DNA of 64,000 bases from a bacterium (lineage in GTDB: Bacteria > Patescibacteriota > Microgenomatia > Levybacterales > UBA12049). Made by a program: the position numbers and the translations under genes. Positions within the stretch are counted from its first letter, which is position 1. Each line of letters starts with the position of its first letter. Shown piece after piece: positions 49,852 through 60,258 of the stretch. The notes beneath the pieces are model-generated. The model was not told the origin of the DNA and did no database searches. It saw only the letters and a list, made by a program, of their open reading frames with translations. The DNA lies in assembly GCA_021813145.1 (NCBI GenBank), contig JAKALS010000001.1:134519-198518 (forward strand), read 5' to 3'.

Positions 49852-50965
49852 GAAAGTAGTATTAACTGCGATTTTTATAAAACTTGTAATTTTTATTCTT
49901 ATTGTAATTGCTTTTAATCTTTTACCTTTTTCCGTAAATACTTATTATGCGAATTTCCATTATCCTTTCAATTCAAGGATAACATTACAAACCGCTTTTT
50001 CTACCTGGGATGCGCAACACTATCTTTTTCTGGGCAGGTACGGTTACCACCCCGGGCTTGAATCCGACAGGTTCTACCCCCTTTTGCCCGGACTTATAGG
50101 CATACTTACGCCTATTTTCGGTGCTTTTTTCTCGGGAATGCTTTTTGCCAATGTAATCTCCATAATAGGTTTTGTTTATTTTTATCTTTTTGTAAAAGAG
50201 CTTACAAAAAATGAAAAAACCGCTTACCTTTCATTCCTGCTTTTAATTTCCTTTCCAACAGCATTTTATTTTTCGCTTATTTACTCGGAAGCAATATTTT
50301 TGGGAATTATAATGCCATTATTCTATTACCTTTATAAAAGAAGATTCCTGTTGGTATTTGTCCTCTCGGTACTATTGCCTCTCTTGCGCCCGACCGGAAT
50401 TTTTATTCTTTTTCCCTTATTTGTATTTATAGTTTATGATTATCTGAAAGATAAAAAATTTTCTTTTAAGCCGTCAACTCTTTTACTATTGGCCCCTTTT
50501 ATCGGATTCGGCCTGGACCTTATTGTAATTTATCACTCAACCGGAAATTTCTTTACGCAGTTTATAGGCGATGCTTCGGTCGTTGGTGGTTGGAGTGTCG
50601 GCGCAATTTTCCACCCCAACATATTTATTCAAAGTCTTATACCGGCCCATCCTGCGATACACGGATTTACAAATTCTATTATCGACAGACTCTTTTTTGT
50701 TTTATTCCTGGTTCTTCTTCCGCTTGTTTTTAAAAAGACAGACAAAGTACTTTTTATATATACTCTTGCTATGGGAATAGTGCCCGTTTTCGGAAGCTTT
50801 ATGTCATATACCCGCTATCTTCTTCTTGCCTTTCCTATTTTTATTGCCATGGCAGTGTTTTTTTCCGCAAAAAAAGAAAAATATGTATTTCCTTACTTTT
50901 ATATTTCTTTACTTTTTCAGGCTTTATTTATAATTTTGCACTCGCTTAACTATTGGGTATCGTGA
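49811..50965 (+). CDS. GT-C membrane mannosyltransferase (PIG-V/Mannosyl_trans2-like)
   Basis: ...WDAQHYLFLGRYGY...FYPLLPGLIG... resembles the PIG-V family WDAEHF...FFPLYP motif. Confidence 0.45.
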   Translation: MILKKHLSKTIMVKKVVLTAIFIKLVIFILIVIAFNLLPFSVNTYYANFHYPFNSRITLQTAFSTWDAQHYLFLGRYGYHPGLESDRFYPLLPGLIGILTPIFGAFFSGMLFANVISIIGFVYFYLFVKELTKNEKTAYLSFLLLISFPTAFYFSLIYSEAIFLGIIMPLFYYLYKRRFLLVFVLSVLLPLLRPTGIFILFPLFVFIVYDYLKDKKFSFKPSTLLLLAPFIGFGLDLIVIYHSTGNFFTQFIGDASVVGGWSVGAIFHPNIFIQSLIPAHPAIHGFTNSIIDRLFFVLFLVLLPLVFKKTDKVLFIYTLAMGIVPVFGSFMSYTRYLLLAFPIFIAMAVFFSAKKEKYVFPYFYISLLFQALFIILHSLNYWVS

Positions 50966-50978
50966 TATTATTCAATTA

Positions 50979-51791
50979 ATGGTTCTCTCTTTTTTCCTTG
51001 CCGGATTTATCCTCTTTTTTATTGGCACTTTCTTCGGCTCTTTTTTTAATGTTGTAGCAGACAGACTAAAAAACGGGGAAAGTATAATATTGGGAAGGTC
51101 GCACTGCGAATATTGCAAAAAAGAACTTGAATGGGAAGATCTTATTCCCCTGATCTCTTTTATAATCTTAAAAGGAAGATGCAGATACTGTCATAAAAAG
51201 TTAAGCTTTTTTTATCCGGTTTCCGAGATAATAACCGGAATCTTGTTTGCCTGCGTATTTGTTTTCGTTTTTTATCCCGGTCAGGCCGGATTTTCCGATG
51301 CGCCTTATTTTAAGATAGCATCTTTTCTTTATTATATTTTTATTGTAAGTTCATTTATAATAATCTTCCTGGAGGATTTAAAATATGGAATAATCCCCGA
51401 TAAAGTTCTTTTTCCCGCTATACTTATAAGCCTTATTTATCTTTACATAAACCCACAGTTTATGATTTTGAATGTTATTTCAGGATTAGGCGCATTCATG
51501 TTTTTCCTTCTGCTTTTTGTATTTACGGGCGGAAAGGGAATGGGCTTTGGCGATGTCAAACTTGCCTTTCTTCTTGGACTGGTGCTTGGTTTTCCGAAAA
51601 TTCTTCTTTCGCTTTATCTGGCTTTCTTGACAGGAGCAATTATTGGTCTCATACTAATTCTATGGAGAAAAAAAGCATCAATAAAAGATGCAATTCCTTT
51701 CGCTCCTTTTCTTATTACCGGAAGTGTCATTACCCTCTTTTTAGGGGATTTAATAATTACAAAGATAATGGTTTATCTGGGTTTACTTTAG
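50979..51791 (+). CDS. pilD: Prepilin peptidase PilD (A24 family)
   Basis: The cytoplasmic Zn motif CEYC...CRYC; the catalytic region ...[20 protein letters not shown]. Confidence 0.85.
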   Translation: MVLSFFLAGFILFFIGTFFGSFFNVVADRLKNGESIILGRSHCEYCKKELEWEDLIPLISFIILKGRCRYCHKKLSFFYPVSEIITGILFACVFVFVFYPGQAGFSDAPYFKIASFLYYIFIVSSFIIIFLEDLKYGIIPDKVLFPAILISLIYLYINPQFMILNVISGLGAFMFFLLLFVFTGGKGMGFGDVKLAFLLGLVLGFPKILLSLYLAFLTGAIIGLILILWRKKASIKDAIPFAPFLITGSVITLFLGDLIITKIMVYLGLL

Positions 51792-52567
51792 TAGAGCTTC
51801 TTATAGTCATAATAATACTTTCTACGCTTATTACTATGGCGTTTGTTGCATTAAATCCTGTTCGCCAGATTGAAAAAGCAAAAGATGCAAGGAGACAGCA
51901 TGATCTGACTCAAATAAGAAGTTCTTTAGATTCCTACCTTTCGGACAGAAACTGCTACCCGGATTCGATTACCATGGGGGGAACATTGTCCCGAGGTTCT
52001 ACCGTTTATATGCAGACTATACCTCAGGATCCGGATTATTCGGGAGGAGGAGCTTCTTATTTATATGAAACAGACGGAAGCAGTTGTCCCCAGTGGAACG
52101 TACTTTTTGCAAAGCTATCAACATCAGAAAATCTTCAGACATCGTGTGCACTTGCCCAACTTAGTAACTGTCTGCCTACTAATTACACAGCCTTAGGCTA
52201 TAACTACTGTGTTGTTTCGGGAGATGTTAATTGTTCTTATATCTCAACAAATCCTCTGCCAAATCCCGTTACGGGTTCGGCAACTCCCATGCCTACCCCT
52301 TCGGCTTCGGCTACACCTCTCCCCACCCCTTCTTCTTCGCCGACTCCTTCGGCTTCACCTACGCCCTCTCCTTCGCCGACCTCTTCGCCCACTCCCGCGC
52401 CCAGTCCTACACCTCCTCCTTTTAATTGTTCGCCTAATTATTATGCGGTTTCCAGCGGTAGATGTAATATAGTTGTACCAAGCCAGTGTTATATATACGG
52501 AGGAACTCTTACCTGTTATTCGGGTCCGGGAACAACAACTTGTACGGGTCAATTATGCACTCAATAA
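51662..52567 (+). CDS. Pilin-like protein with a Pro/Ser/Thr-rich linker and Cys-rich C-domain; the start lies inside the pilD 3' end
   Basis: ...NGLSG|[21 protein letters not shown]... The only in-frame ATG is at 51662 (47-aa leader), overlapping pilD by 130 nt. The PT-rich region is [46 protein letters not shown]. Confidence 0.5.
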   Translation: MEKKSINKRCNSFRSFSYYRKCHYPLFRGFNNYKDNGLSGFTLVELLIVIIILSTLITMAFVALNPVRQIEKAKDARRQHDLTQIRSSLDSYLSDRNCYPDSITMGGTLSRGSTVYMQTIPQDPDYSGGGASYLYETDGSSCPQWNVLFAKLSTSENLQTSCALAQLSNCLPTNYTALGYNYCVVSGDVNCSYISTNPLPNPVTGSATPMPTPSASATPLPTPSSSPTPSASPTPSPSPTSSPTPAPSPTPPPFNCSPNYYAVSSGRCNIVVPSQCYIYGGTLTCYSGPGTTTCTGQLCTQ

Positions 52568-53076
52568 TCAAAAATCAAAGAGGATTTACATTGGTAGAGC
52601 TTATTGTTGTAATAGGGATACTTTCCATTTTAGCCGTTGCCACTATGATGGCAATAAACCCTGTTGCGCAGTTCCAAAAAGCCAATGATTCAAAAAGGAA
52701 ATCCGATCTTGCCCAGATTCAAAGGGCGCTTGAAACTTATTATCAAGATAACGGGAAATATCCCGCATCATCCACTTCGGGCCCCGCATACAGAATCGTA
52801 AGAAGCGACCTCACGGTTGCAGACTGGGGAACCGAGTGGAAACCGTATATGGATATTCTTCCCAAAGATCCCAGCTCTTCGGATTATTACGTGTACTATT
52901 CAACTGGACAATCTTATTATCTGTATGCTACTCTGGATAGAGGAAGCAGCGACCCGCAGGTTTGCAAAAATATGGTAAATAACGAATGCGCGAGTATTTC
53001 GACTAATGGAATACCGGCCGATTCCTGCGGAGGACCGTGTGACTTCGGACTTACCAGTCCGAATGTCACTCCCTAA
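52555..53076 (+). CDS. GspG/PulG-like pseudopilin
   Basis: [10 protein letters not shown]|[17 protein letters not shown]...[29 protein letters not shown]. The ATG at 52555 is preferred over the track start at 52486. Confidence 0.65.
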   Translation: MHSIIKNQRGFTLVELIVVIGILSILAVATMMAINPVAQFQKANDSKRKSDLAQIQRALETYYQDNGKYPASSTSGPAYRIVRSDLTVADWGTEWKPYMDILPKDPSSSDYYVYYSTGQSYYLYATLDRGSSDPQVCKNMVNNECASISTNGIPADSCGGPCDFGLTSPNVTP

Positions 53077-53100
53077 TTGTAGATTAAGGATTGTAGATTA

Positions 53101-53589
53101 ATGATTAAAGACTTTACCGGTAATCGTAAATTCTGCCAAACGGCAACAATCAGCAAGCGTAAATCTGCGGGATTTACGTTGATAGAACTTTTGATCGTAA
53201 TTGCAATAATTGGAGTATTGGCAACGCTTCTAATGGTGAATTTTGTAGGCGTAAGACAAAGGGCAAGGGACGCACAAAGAAAATCCGATTTGCGCCAGAT
53301 CCAGTCGGCTCTTGAACTTTATAGAGCAGACCAGGGGTCTTATCCGTCTTCGCTGCCTTCATGTAACGGTTCTGCTTTTTCCGCAAACGGAACTACTTAT
53401 ATGCAGACAATCCCCTGCGATCCGTTAACGGGAACAAATTATCTTTATTCAACAACTGCTTCGGGAGGGTATACTCTTGTAGCCTGTTTAGAGAATCTCA
53501 ATGACAGTCAGAAGGATTCTTCAAATAATTCTTTTTGCTCTGCTCCAACATATCCAAATACAGCATCTTATACAGTTACAAATCCGTAA
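53101..53589 (+). CDS. GspG/PulG-like pseudopilin (second copy)
   Basis: ...KSAG|FTLIELLIVIAIIGVLA...RARDAQRKSDLRQIQSALELYRADQGSYP. Confidence 0.65.
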   Translation: MIKDFTGNRKFCQTATISKRKSAGFTLIELLIVIAIIGVLATLLMVNFVGVRQRARDAQRKSDLRQIQSALELYRADQGSYPSSLPSCNGSAFSANGTTYMQTIPCDPLTGTNYLYSTTASGGYTLVACLENLNDSQKDSSNNSFCSAPTYPNTASYTVTNP

Positions 53590-53592
53590 TTT

Positions 53593-54093
53593 ATGATTAA
53601 CTGTCCGCGTCATAACTCCAAAGTCAGGCGTTTTAGGTCTGAGAAGGGCTTCACTCTTTTAGAGCTTATTGTTGTTTTTACGATTATAGCTATACTTTCT
53701 ACGATGGGGATTGCGTCTTTTATGACTTATAGCCGGAATCAGACTTTAGTGCAAGCTGCCCAATCATTAGAAAATACTATTCATCTGGCAAGGTCCGATG
53801 CCCTTTCGCAGGTTAAACCTTCAGTTTGCACCGGTCAGGTGTTGAACGGTTATCAGATAGATATAAATACACTTAACAATACCTATTCTTTAAGTGTTGT
53901 ATGCAACGGAACCCATGTCGTTTCCCAAACCACGCTCCCTACGACTATAAGTTTCAGTTCCCAGACTACTGCCACGTCAATTTTTTACCCTATAATTTCG
54001 AGCGGTGCCACAGGTGGAAATACAAAGATAGTCCTGACCGGTTATGGAAATAACTTTACTATAAATATAGATAATAATGGGAATCTTTATTAA
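53593..54093 (+). CDS. GspH/FimT-like minor pseudopilin
   Basis: ...EKG|FTLLELIVVFTIIAILSTMG... Confidence 0.5.
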   Translation: MINCPRHNSKVRRFRSEKGFTLLELIVVFTIIAILSTMGIASFMTYSRNQTLVQAAQSLENTIHLARSDALSQVKPSVCTGQVLNGYQIDINTLNNTYSLSVVCNGTHVVSQTTLPTTISFSSQTTATSIFYPIISSGATGGNTKIVLTGYGNNFTINIDNNGNLY

Positions 54094-54568
54094 AGGAAAA
54101 CAAAGAGGGCAAACACTGATAGAGGCTCTTGTGGCATTGGGAGCTGCTTCTTTGGTAGTATCGGCAATAACGGTAACGGTCATCACTGCCTTAAATAATG
54201 TCCAGTACACAAAAAATCAGAATCTTGCAGGCCAATATGCCCAGCAGGCTTTGGAGGCAATGAGGCAATTAAGCCTTTCAAACTGGACTTTATTTTCATC
54301 TTACAGCGGTAAGTACTGCATGGACGGAGGAACAACAAGTCTTAGAACTCCAGATCCCGCTTCCGGCGACTGTGGACTGAACTATGGAACTTTCAAGAGA
54401 GAAGTTAGTATTACACAGAACTCGACTTCCTGTTCCAATGCCACTCTTACAACTGCCGTGGTTTCCTGGGGCGACAGTAAATGTCCGTCTACTAATCTTT
54501 ATTGCCATAATGTCACTTTAAGTTCGTGTTACACTAATGTAAACGGAAATATTTTCAGCACGCCATGA
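54077..54568 (+). CDS. Minor pilin (PilV/GspI-like)
   Basis: MGIFIKGKQRG|QTLIEALVALGAASLVV... Confidence 0.5.
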   Translation: MGIFIKGKQRGQTLIEALVALGAASLVVSAITVTVITALNNVQYTKNQNLAGQYAQQALEAMRQLSLSNWTLFSSYSGKYCMDGGTTSLRTPDPASGDCGLNYGTFKREVSITQNSTSCSNATLTTAVVSWGDSKCPSTNLYCHNVTLSSCYTNVNGNIFSTP

Positions 54569-55203
54569 AAATAATTAAAAATTTAAAATTAAGAATTAAA
54601 AATTCTCAACAGGGTTATACGCTGGTGGAGCTCTTAACGGTAATTGTGATAATGGTTGTTGTAGGTTTGATTGTTACAAGTATTATTGTTTCCTCTCTTA
54701 GGGGAACCGGTAAATCTACGGTCTTGGATAACGTAAGAGAGAATGGGAATTACGCAATTTTGCAGATGTCCAAGATGCTTATTTTTGCCCGTGTGTTTAA
54801 CGGTGTAAGCACTGACGGTGTTAATTATACCCCAAACTGCGTTCCCTCCCCGACTCCCGTTCCTTCTCCGTCTTCAACACCTATACCCACTGGGACTCCC
54901 GTTCCCTATAAATACGTAAAGATTACTTCTTTTGATGGAGGAACAACTGTTTTTGGATGTAACGGTTCTACGGATAGTCCGCCCAATACTCTTGCTTCCA
55001 ACTCTTCTTCTTTAATAGATACTACCACAATATCTTTTGACCCTTCTCTTTGCTATTTCACCTGTTTCCAAAATACTTATACCGAACCGCCTACAATAGG
55101 AATAAACTTTACGCTCTCCCAGCTTACCACCAGTAAATTTACGGAAAAGAATGCAACTCTACCGTTTTCTACTTCTGTTACGCTTAGAAATATAGGTTAT
55201 TAG
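54565..55203 (+). CDS. Minor pilin (PilW/GspJ-like) with a PT-rich segment
   Basis: ...SQQG|YTLVELLTVIVIMVVVGL...; the PT-rich segment is PSPTPVPSPSSTPIPTGTPVP. Confidence 0.5.
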   Translation: MKIIKNLKLRIKNSQQGYTLVELLTVIVIMVVVGLIVTSIIVSSLRGTGKSTVLDNVRENGNYAILQMSKMLIFARVFNGVSTDGVNYTPNCVPSPTPVPSPSSTPIPTGTPVPYKYVKITSFDGGTTVFGCNGSTDSPPNTLASNSSSLIDTTTISFDPSLCYFTCFQNTYTEPPTIGINFTLSQLTTSKFTEKNATLPFSTSVTLRNIGY

Positions 55204-55251
55204 CTTGACAGGGGTATAAATGATTGATACTCTATATTTGGTAGCTTAAAT

Positions 55252-56073
55252 ATGCTTAATAATGGCTTTTTTAATAAGCTAAAATCGGAAAAGGGTCAGT
55301 CTCTTCTTATAGTAGTTCTTGTAATGGTTATAGCTTTGACCGTAGGACTATCTATTGCAACAAGAAGCATCACAAGTTTTAAAAATTCCAATGAACAGGC
55401 AAATTCGCAAAAAGCACTTTCCGCGGCTGAAGCGGGTGTAGAACAGGCAATAAAATCGAGCGCTTCGGTTGCAAACTCAAATTTTTCAGGAGGAACAGGT
55501 TTTACTACAACCTATACCCAGATTTCCGGAACCTCTTTTCTTTTTAACGGGGGAAATCCTATTTCGCAGGATGACGGAATAGATCTATGGCTTACAGCCT
55601 ATAATTCCGATTCTTCCCTCCTCTATCAAAATCCCTGGAACGGAAGTTTTACTATTTATTGGGGTGACAACTCAGGTCCTTGTAATAATGCGGCATTGGA
55701 AATAGTAGTTATATCCGGTTCCAAAGCAAGCCCTACTATTCAAAGATATGCTTTTGACCCATGCTCAACAAGACTTACGGGTCCGAGCGGAAACGGATTT
55801 ACGCAGGCCGTAGCTGCGCAGTCCACGGTTGCCGGGAAGACCTTTTATTACCAGACGCAAACGATTCCCGTGACTAACGGTCTTATAGCAAGAATAATCC
55901 CGCTTTATACAAATGCCTCGGCCGGAATAATAGGAACTGCAGCCTTTCCTTCTCAGGGATCGGTTATTAGCTCCCTAGGTACTTCGGGCTCGACCGCCCG
56001 AAAGGTTTCTGTCTTCCAGGGATATCCGGAATTGCCCTCCGAATATTTTCTTTACAATCTATTTTCACCCTAA
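55252..56073 (+). CDS. Minor pilin lacking Glu+5 (PilX/GspK-like)
   Basis: ...SEKG|QSLLIVVLVMVIALTVGL... Confidence 0.45.
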   Translation: MLNNGFFNKLKSEKGQSLLIVVLVMVIALTVGLSIATRSITSFKNSNEQANSQKALSAAEAGVEQAIKSSASVANSNFSGGTGFTTTYTQISGTSFLFNGGNPISQDDGIDLWLTAYNSDSSLLYQNPWNGSFTIYWGDNSGPCNNAALEIVVISGSKASPTIQRYAFDPCSTRLTGPSGNGFTQAVAAQSTVAGKTFYYQTQTIPVTNGLIARIIPLYTNASAGIIGTAAFPSQGSVISSLGTSGSTARKVSVFQGYPELPSEYFLYNLFSP

Positions 56074-56079
56074 TTTACA

Positions 56080-57114
56080 ATGAACAAAAGACCCTTTGGT
56101 TTGGATATTGGTGCTACCACTATAAAAATCGTGCTTTTGGACGGACAGAAGGGAGGATTTATTTTTAAATCTTCCATAATTGCCCCTGCTCCTCCTAAGG
56201 GAATGATGTCGGAATCTCCTTTGGACGAGGAGGAAATGGCACAGGCGATAAGAAAAGCGGTAAACGATGCGGGGATAAGTACAAAGTATGTTAATGTAGC
56301 GTTGGCAGAAAATCAGGTATACACAAAGGTTTTGGAGATGCCTGTTCTTTCGGACAGGGAGCTTGCTTCGGCAATTTACTGGGAGGCCGAACAGTATATT
56401 CCCGTTCCTCTTACGAATATTACACTTACCTGGAATGTTTTAAAAAGGCCCGAGCATCCTACCTCTACCGATAAAATGGAAGTTCTCATGGTAGGTGCTC
56501 CCACGATGCTCATAAGGAAATATCAAAAAATTATATCAATGGCGGGATTCTCCATTTCATCAATGGAGACCGAGATACTTTCGACCATAAGAGCTCTTGT
56601 CCTGGGTGAAACATTTCCCCCCACTTTAATAATAAATATAGGAGCAATAAGTACCTCTTTTGCGATTGTCAGAAACGGTATTATGGTTTTCACTTACTCC
56701 ATGTCGGTAGGAGGAGCGGCTATAAATAGGGCTATAGCTACGGATTTCGGACTTACTCCTCAGCAAGCCGAAGAATATAAAAAAGTTTACGGAGTTTCAG
56801 GAAAAAGTCTGGGGGGAAAAATTGGACAAGCAACGGAACCTATCCTTAATTCTGTTCTTACAGAAGCTAAAAAGGCATTGGCCTTTTATTCTCAAAAATA
56901 TAAGGAGGAAACCCCGGTCCGTCAAATACTTTTAGCGGGCGGAACGGCAAAACTTCCGGGAATCGATATTTATTTTGCAAACAACTCGGGCATAGAAACC
57001 GCAATTGCAAATCCGTGGAAAGTGTTGGCCAGCCAGACTATTCCCAAAGAGGTCCTGGACAATGCTTCCGATTATACTATTGCTGTAGGCCTTGCCATGA
57101 GAGACTATGAATAA
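56080..57114 (+). CDS. pilM: Type IV pilus assembly protein PilM (actin-like ATPase)
   Basis: ...FGLDIGATTIKIV... N-terminus and the actin/HSP70-like fold; about 344 aa. Confidence 0.85.
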   Translation: MNKRPFGLDIGATTIKIVLLDGQKGGFIFKSSIIAPAPPKGMMSESPLDEEEMAQAIRKAVNDAGISTKYVNVALAENQVYTKVLEMPVLSDRELASAIYWEAEQYIPVPLTNITLTWNVLKRPEHPTSTDKMEVLMVGAPTMLIRKYQKIISMAGFSISSMETEILSTIRALVLGETFPPTLIINIGAISTSFAIVRNGIMVFTYSMSVGGAAINRAIATDFGLTPQQAEEYKKVYGVSGKSLGGKIGQATEPILNSVLTEAKKALAFYSQKYKEETPVRQILLAGGTAKLPGIDIYFANNSGIETAIANPWKVLASQTIPKEVLDNASDYTIAVGLAMRDYE

Positions 57115-57643
57115 TGACATTAATCTTGTAGGAAATCAGCAACAGGAGTCTTTAAAAGAAAAGAAAAGACTAAAGACCGTAAGAATAGCGGCAGTAGTTT
57201 CCCTTATTGTCATAAGCCTTATGTCGCTTATTATATTTATTCTTTATAGCAGTCTTTCTTTAGGCTCGATTAAGAATGATCAGAACTCCACCCTTAACAG
57301 CATTTCCTATTTACACAGTAAAGCTGCACAACTTGCAATAGTGAACAACAGGCTCGTAGATATCTCGAATGTATTAAGTAAAAGAAAAAATTATACAAAT
57401 TCGATAAATATCTTAAAACAACAAATGCCTCCGGGAGTAACAACTTCCCAGCTTTCAATCAGCAACGGGAATGTAACTTTTGTAGTATCGTCGCAATCCC
57501 TAGATTCCTTAAATACATTTCTTAACAACATTATTTCTCTTGCACAAAAACAACAGACTATAGATAAAATATATATAGAAAGCCTTGTGATAAACACAAA
57601 GACAGGTTCTTATTCTCTGTCTATAAAGGCGAGTTTATTATGA
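57107..57643 (+). CDS. pilN: PilN
   Basis: MNNDINLVGN... then a single TM, coiled-coil and periplasmic domain; overlaps pilM. Confidence 0.6.
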   Translation: MNNDINLVGNQQQESLKEKKRLKTVRIAAVVSLIVISLMSLIIFILYSSLSLGSIKNDQNSTLNSISYLHSKAAQLAIVNNRLVDISNVLSKRKNYTNSINILKQQMPPGVTTSQLSISNGNVTFVVSSQSLDSLNTFLNNIISLAQKQQTIDKIYIESLVINTKTGSYSLSIKASLL

Positions 57644-58410
57644 ACAAAAAAGTTAATATAGACGCGGCTACTCTGAGATTTTTATATATAAAATATAAAC
57701 AATACCTCCTTCCGGGAGGTGTTATAGCCGCTTGCGTTCTTCTGTTTATTTTTGTGATTATCCCCCAGTTTCAGAATCTTTTAAGCGCCCAGGAGGAAGC
57801 AAAAATAGAAACAAACAAATTAAATGTTCTTAAGAATAATTTGAATTTGCTCACAAATCTGGATCCGGGACAACTCAATTCTCAGCTCCAGACCGTTTCT
57901 GCGGTATTGCCGGCAGATAAGGATTTTGCGGGTATTCTTTATGCAGTTTCGGCTGCTGCAGATAGAGCAGGAGTCTCTTTGGGTGATTATCAGTTTCAAG
58001 TCGGAGATATAACAAAGCCCGAAACACAGGGAATAAATTCCCTTCCTTATCTACAGTTGGTTCTATCGATAAACGGGGGCACGTCCGACGTTACCAGATT
58101 CATGCAGGAGCTTTATAAGACTGCACCTATCTCCGAAGTCACGGACGTTGAAATAGGCCCTGCGGTTTCGAGAATTACAGCTTATTTTTATTACAGGCCT
58201 TTCCCCCCTCTCGGTTACAACGACAGTACACCTATTACAGTAGTATCTCCAGAAGGGCTTAATACGATTTCAAATTTATCATCGTGGACAAATGTAAACG
58301 GGGTATCTAATGTATCTAATCAGCCTACTGCTACTCCTTCTCCCTCCCCGGCTTCTGCAGCTTCCGCATCTCCTGCCGCTTCCCAATCGGCAACTACTCC
58401 TTTTCAATAA
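57640..58410 (+). CDS. pilO: PilO-like protein with a Ser/Thr/Pro/Ala-rich C-terminal tail
   Basis: Single TM plus coiled coil; the tail is ...NQPTATPSPSPASAASASPAASQSATTPFQ. Confidence 0.5.
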   Translation: MNKKVNIDAATLRFLYIKYKQYLLPGGVIAACVLLFIFVIIPQFQNLLSAQEEAKIETNKLNVLKNNLNLLTNLDPGQLNSQLQTVSAVLPADKDFAGILYAVSAAADRAGVSLGDYQFQVGDITKPETQGINSLPYLQLVLSINGGTSDVTRFMQELYKTAPISEVTDVEIGPAVSRITAYFYYRPFPPLGYNDSTPITVVSPEGLNTISNLSSWTNVNGVSNVSNQPTATPSPSPASAASASPAASQSATTPFQ

Positions 58411-59074
58411 GGTCCGGCCTTAATTTTTTTGTTATCTTTAAGGATTCATTTTTGCGCCAATCCTCTATTTTTTTGTGGTCTCCCGAAAGAAGGACCCCGG
58501 GAACTGTTAAATTTTTGAATTTCTGGGGTTTCGTGTACTGCGGATATTCAAGATATGGGGAGAAAGATTCGGTATCTAGGGACCCTTCGCTTATAGTTCC
58601 CTTTAAGAGTCTGGTTACGCTGTCCGCTATAAGCATTGCGGGAATTTCGCCTCCTGTCAGTATAAAATCTCCTACCGAAACCTCTTCGTCTATAAATTCT
58701 TTTATCCTTTCATCAAATCCCTCGTAATGTCCGCAGATTATTATCAGGTGTTTTAATTTTGAGTATTTTTGTGCTGCTTTCTGATTGTAGGTTTTTCCGT
58801 GGGCGCCCATTAGTATAACTTTTTCTTCCCGAGACGAGAGTTTTTTATCGCGGGTTTTTTCTATTGCTTTTTCCAGTACGTCTACTTTTAAAACCATACC
58901 TTTACCTCCTCCGTAAGGGGTATCGTCTACCTGTTTATGCTTGCCTATCCCAAAGTCTCTTATATTTACAAAAGAAATTTCCACTATCTTGCGTTCCTTA
59001 GCCCGTTTTATTATTGATTCATTAAAGGGGCCCTCAAACATTTCGGGGAAAAGCGTAAGTATTGAAATTTTCAT
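58394..59074 (-). CDS. trmD: tRNA (guanine37-N1)-methyltransferase
   Basis: MKISILTLFPEMFEGP...YGGGKGMVLKVDVL...; trefoil-knot SPOUT signature. Confidence 0.9.
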   Translation of the reverse strand: MKISILTLFPEMFEGPFNESIIKRAKERKIVEISFVNIRDFGIGKHKQVDDTPYGGGKGMVLKVDVLEKAIEKTRDKKLSSREEKVILMGAHGKTYNQKAAQKYSKLKHLIIICGHYEGFDERIKEFIDEEVSVGDFILTGGEIPAMLIADSVTRLLKGTISEGSLDTESFSPYLEYPQYTKPQKFKNLTVPGVLLSGDHKKIEDWRKNESLKITKKLRPDLIEKE

Positions 59075-59088
59075 ACTTAATCTACTTT

Positions 59089-59331
59089 TTATTCCTGCGG
59101 GGTTTCTGCGAGTGAAATATAAATTTTTCTGCCTTGTTTAATGGCCGGAATTTTAACTACATTTCTTATTGCTTTTATAACTTTTCCGTTTTTGCCTATT
59201 ATTTTTCCCATGTCGTCTTTGGCTACTTTAACCGTAAAATTAAGAACTCCCTCATTATCCTCTTCGGTTACTTCCACTTCTTTCGGATTGTCTACTATTG
59301 AGGTTACGATGTAAGTTAAAGCATCTTTCAT
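59089..59331 (-). CDS. KH-domain RNA-binding protein (YlqC/UPF0109)
   Basis: ...GKIIGKNGKVIKAIRNVVK...; conserved position between rpsP and trmD. Confidence 0.6.
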   Translation of the reverse strand: MKDALTYIVTSIVDNPKEVEVTEEDNEGVLNFTVKVAKDDMGKIIGKNGKVIKAIRNVVKIPAIKQGRKIYISLAETPQE

Positions 59332-59332
59332 A

Positions 59333-59557
59333 TTACTCCATTAATTTAGAAACCGTAGGGCTTGGCTGTGCTCCGACTGAAAGCCAATACTTGTATCTTT
59401 CTTTGTTGATTTCTTTCTTTCCGTTTTTGCCTTTTTCATAGTAACCTAAAAGCTCTATTGAATCGCCTTCTCTTCTGGATCTTTTTTCTTTAACTACTAC
59501 ACGGAATTTTCTTTCGCCTTTTTTTCCAGTTCTAGATAATCTTATTACTACAGACAT
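59333..59557 (-). CDS. rpsP: 30S ribosomal protein S16
   Basis: MSVVIRLSRTGKKGERKFRVVV... Confidence 0.9.
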   Translation of the reverse strand: MSVVIRLSRTGKKGERKFRVVVKEKRSRREGDSIELLGYYEKGKNGKKEINKERYKYWLSVGAQPSPTVSKLME

Positions 59558-59574
59558 AGTTAATTATTTTACCA

Positions 59575-60258
59575 TTATTTGTTTTTCTTCTCAAGCCTGA
59601 TTTTGCCTAAGGCTTCTTTTGCCGCGTTTTCCTCGGCTTCCTGTTTTGATTTTCCGTAACCTTTTCCCATCAACTTTTCGTTTACATATGCACCAACGGT
59701 AAATATTTTCGCGTGAGCCGGTCCCTCTTCATTTATTACCCTGTAAACGGGAGATGCCTGCTTTTGTGCCTGTATTTTCTCCTGGAGAAGGCTTTTGGGA
59801 TCTTTGAATGCCCTGTTTTTTACATATAACTCTGCTTTTGGCAAAATAACTTCGCCCAGGAATTTTTTTACAGCTTCTATTCCGCTATCAATAAAAAGCG
59901 CTCCGACAAAGGCCTCAAAGCTGTCGGCAAGTAGACTCTGATTTTGCCTTCCCCTGGATTCTTCTTCTCCTTTTGAAAGTTTAAGATATTTTCCGAAATC
60001 CAATTCTCTTGCTGCCTGAGCAAGACTTTTTGTATTAACAAGCAGTGACCTTAAGTTAGTCAATATTCCTTCGTTAAAATCGGGGTATTTGGAATAAAGA
60101 TATTGGGAAACGACAAAAGATAAAACGCTATCGCCCAAAAACTCGAGCCTTTCGTTTGACGAAACTTTTTTCTTTGTCTCATTCAGATAAGAGCGGTGTA
60201 TAAAAGATTGTTCAAAAAGTTCTTTATTTTTAAATTCAGGAATTTTTACCATAATCAA
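59575..60258 (-). CDS. rnc: Ribonuclease III
   Basis: [11 protein letters not shown] is the RNase III signature; C-terminal dsRBD. Confidence 0.9.
   Translation of the reverse strand: MIMVKIPEFKNKELFEQSFIHRSYLNETKKKVSSNERLEFLGDSVLSFVVSQYLYSKYPDFNEGILTNLRSLLVNTKSLAQAARELDFGKYLKLSKGEEESRGRQNQSLLADSFEAFVGALFIDSGIEAVKKFLGEVILPKAELYVKNRAFKDPKSLLQEKIQAQKQASPVYRVINEEGPAHAKIFTVGAYVNEKLMGKGYGKSKQEAEENAAKEALGKIRLEKKNK

Noticed and set aside
53071-53100. Tandem 12-bp direct repeat ATTGTAGATTAA x2 immediately before a pseudopilin start
   Set aside because: It is too short and AT-rich to call a functional element. It may simply be a duplicated SD-less spacer and is noted only as a curiosity.
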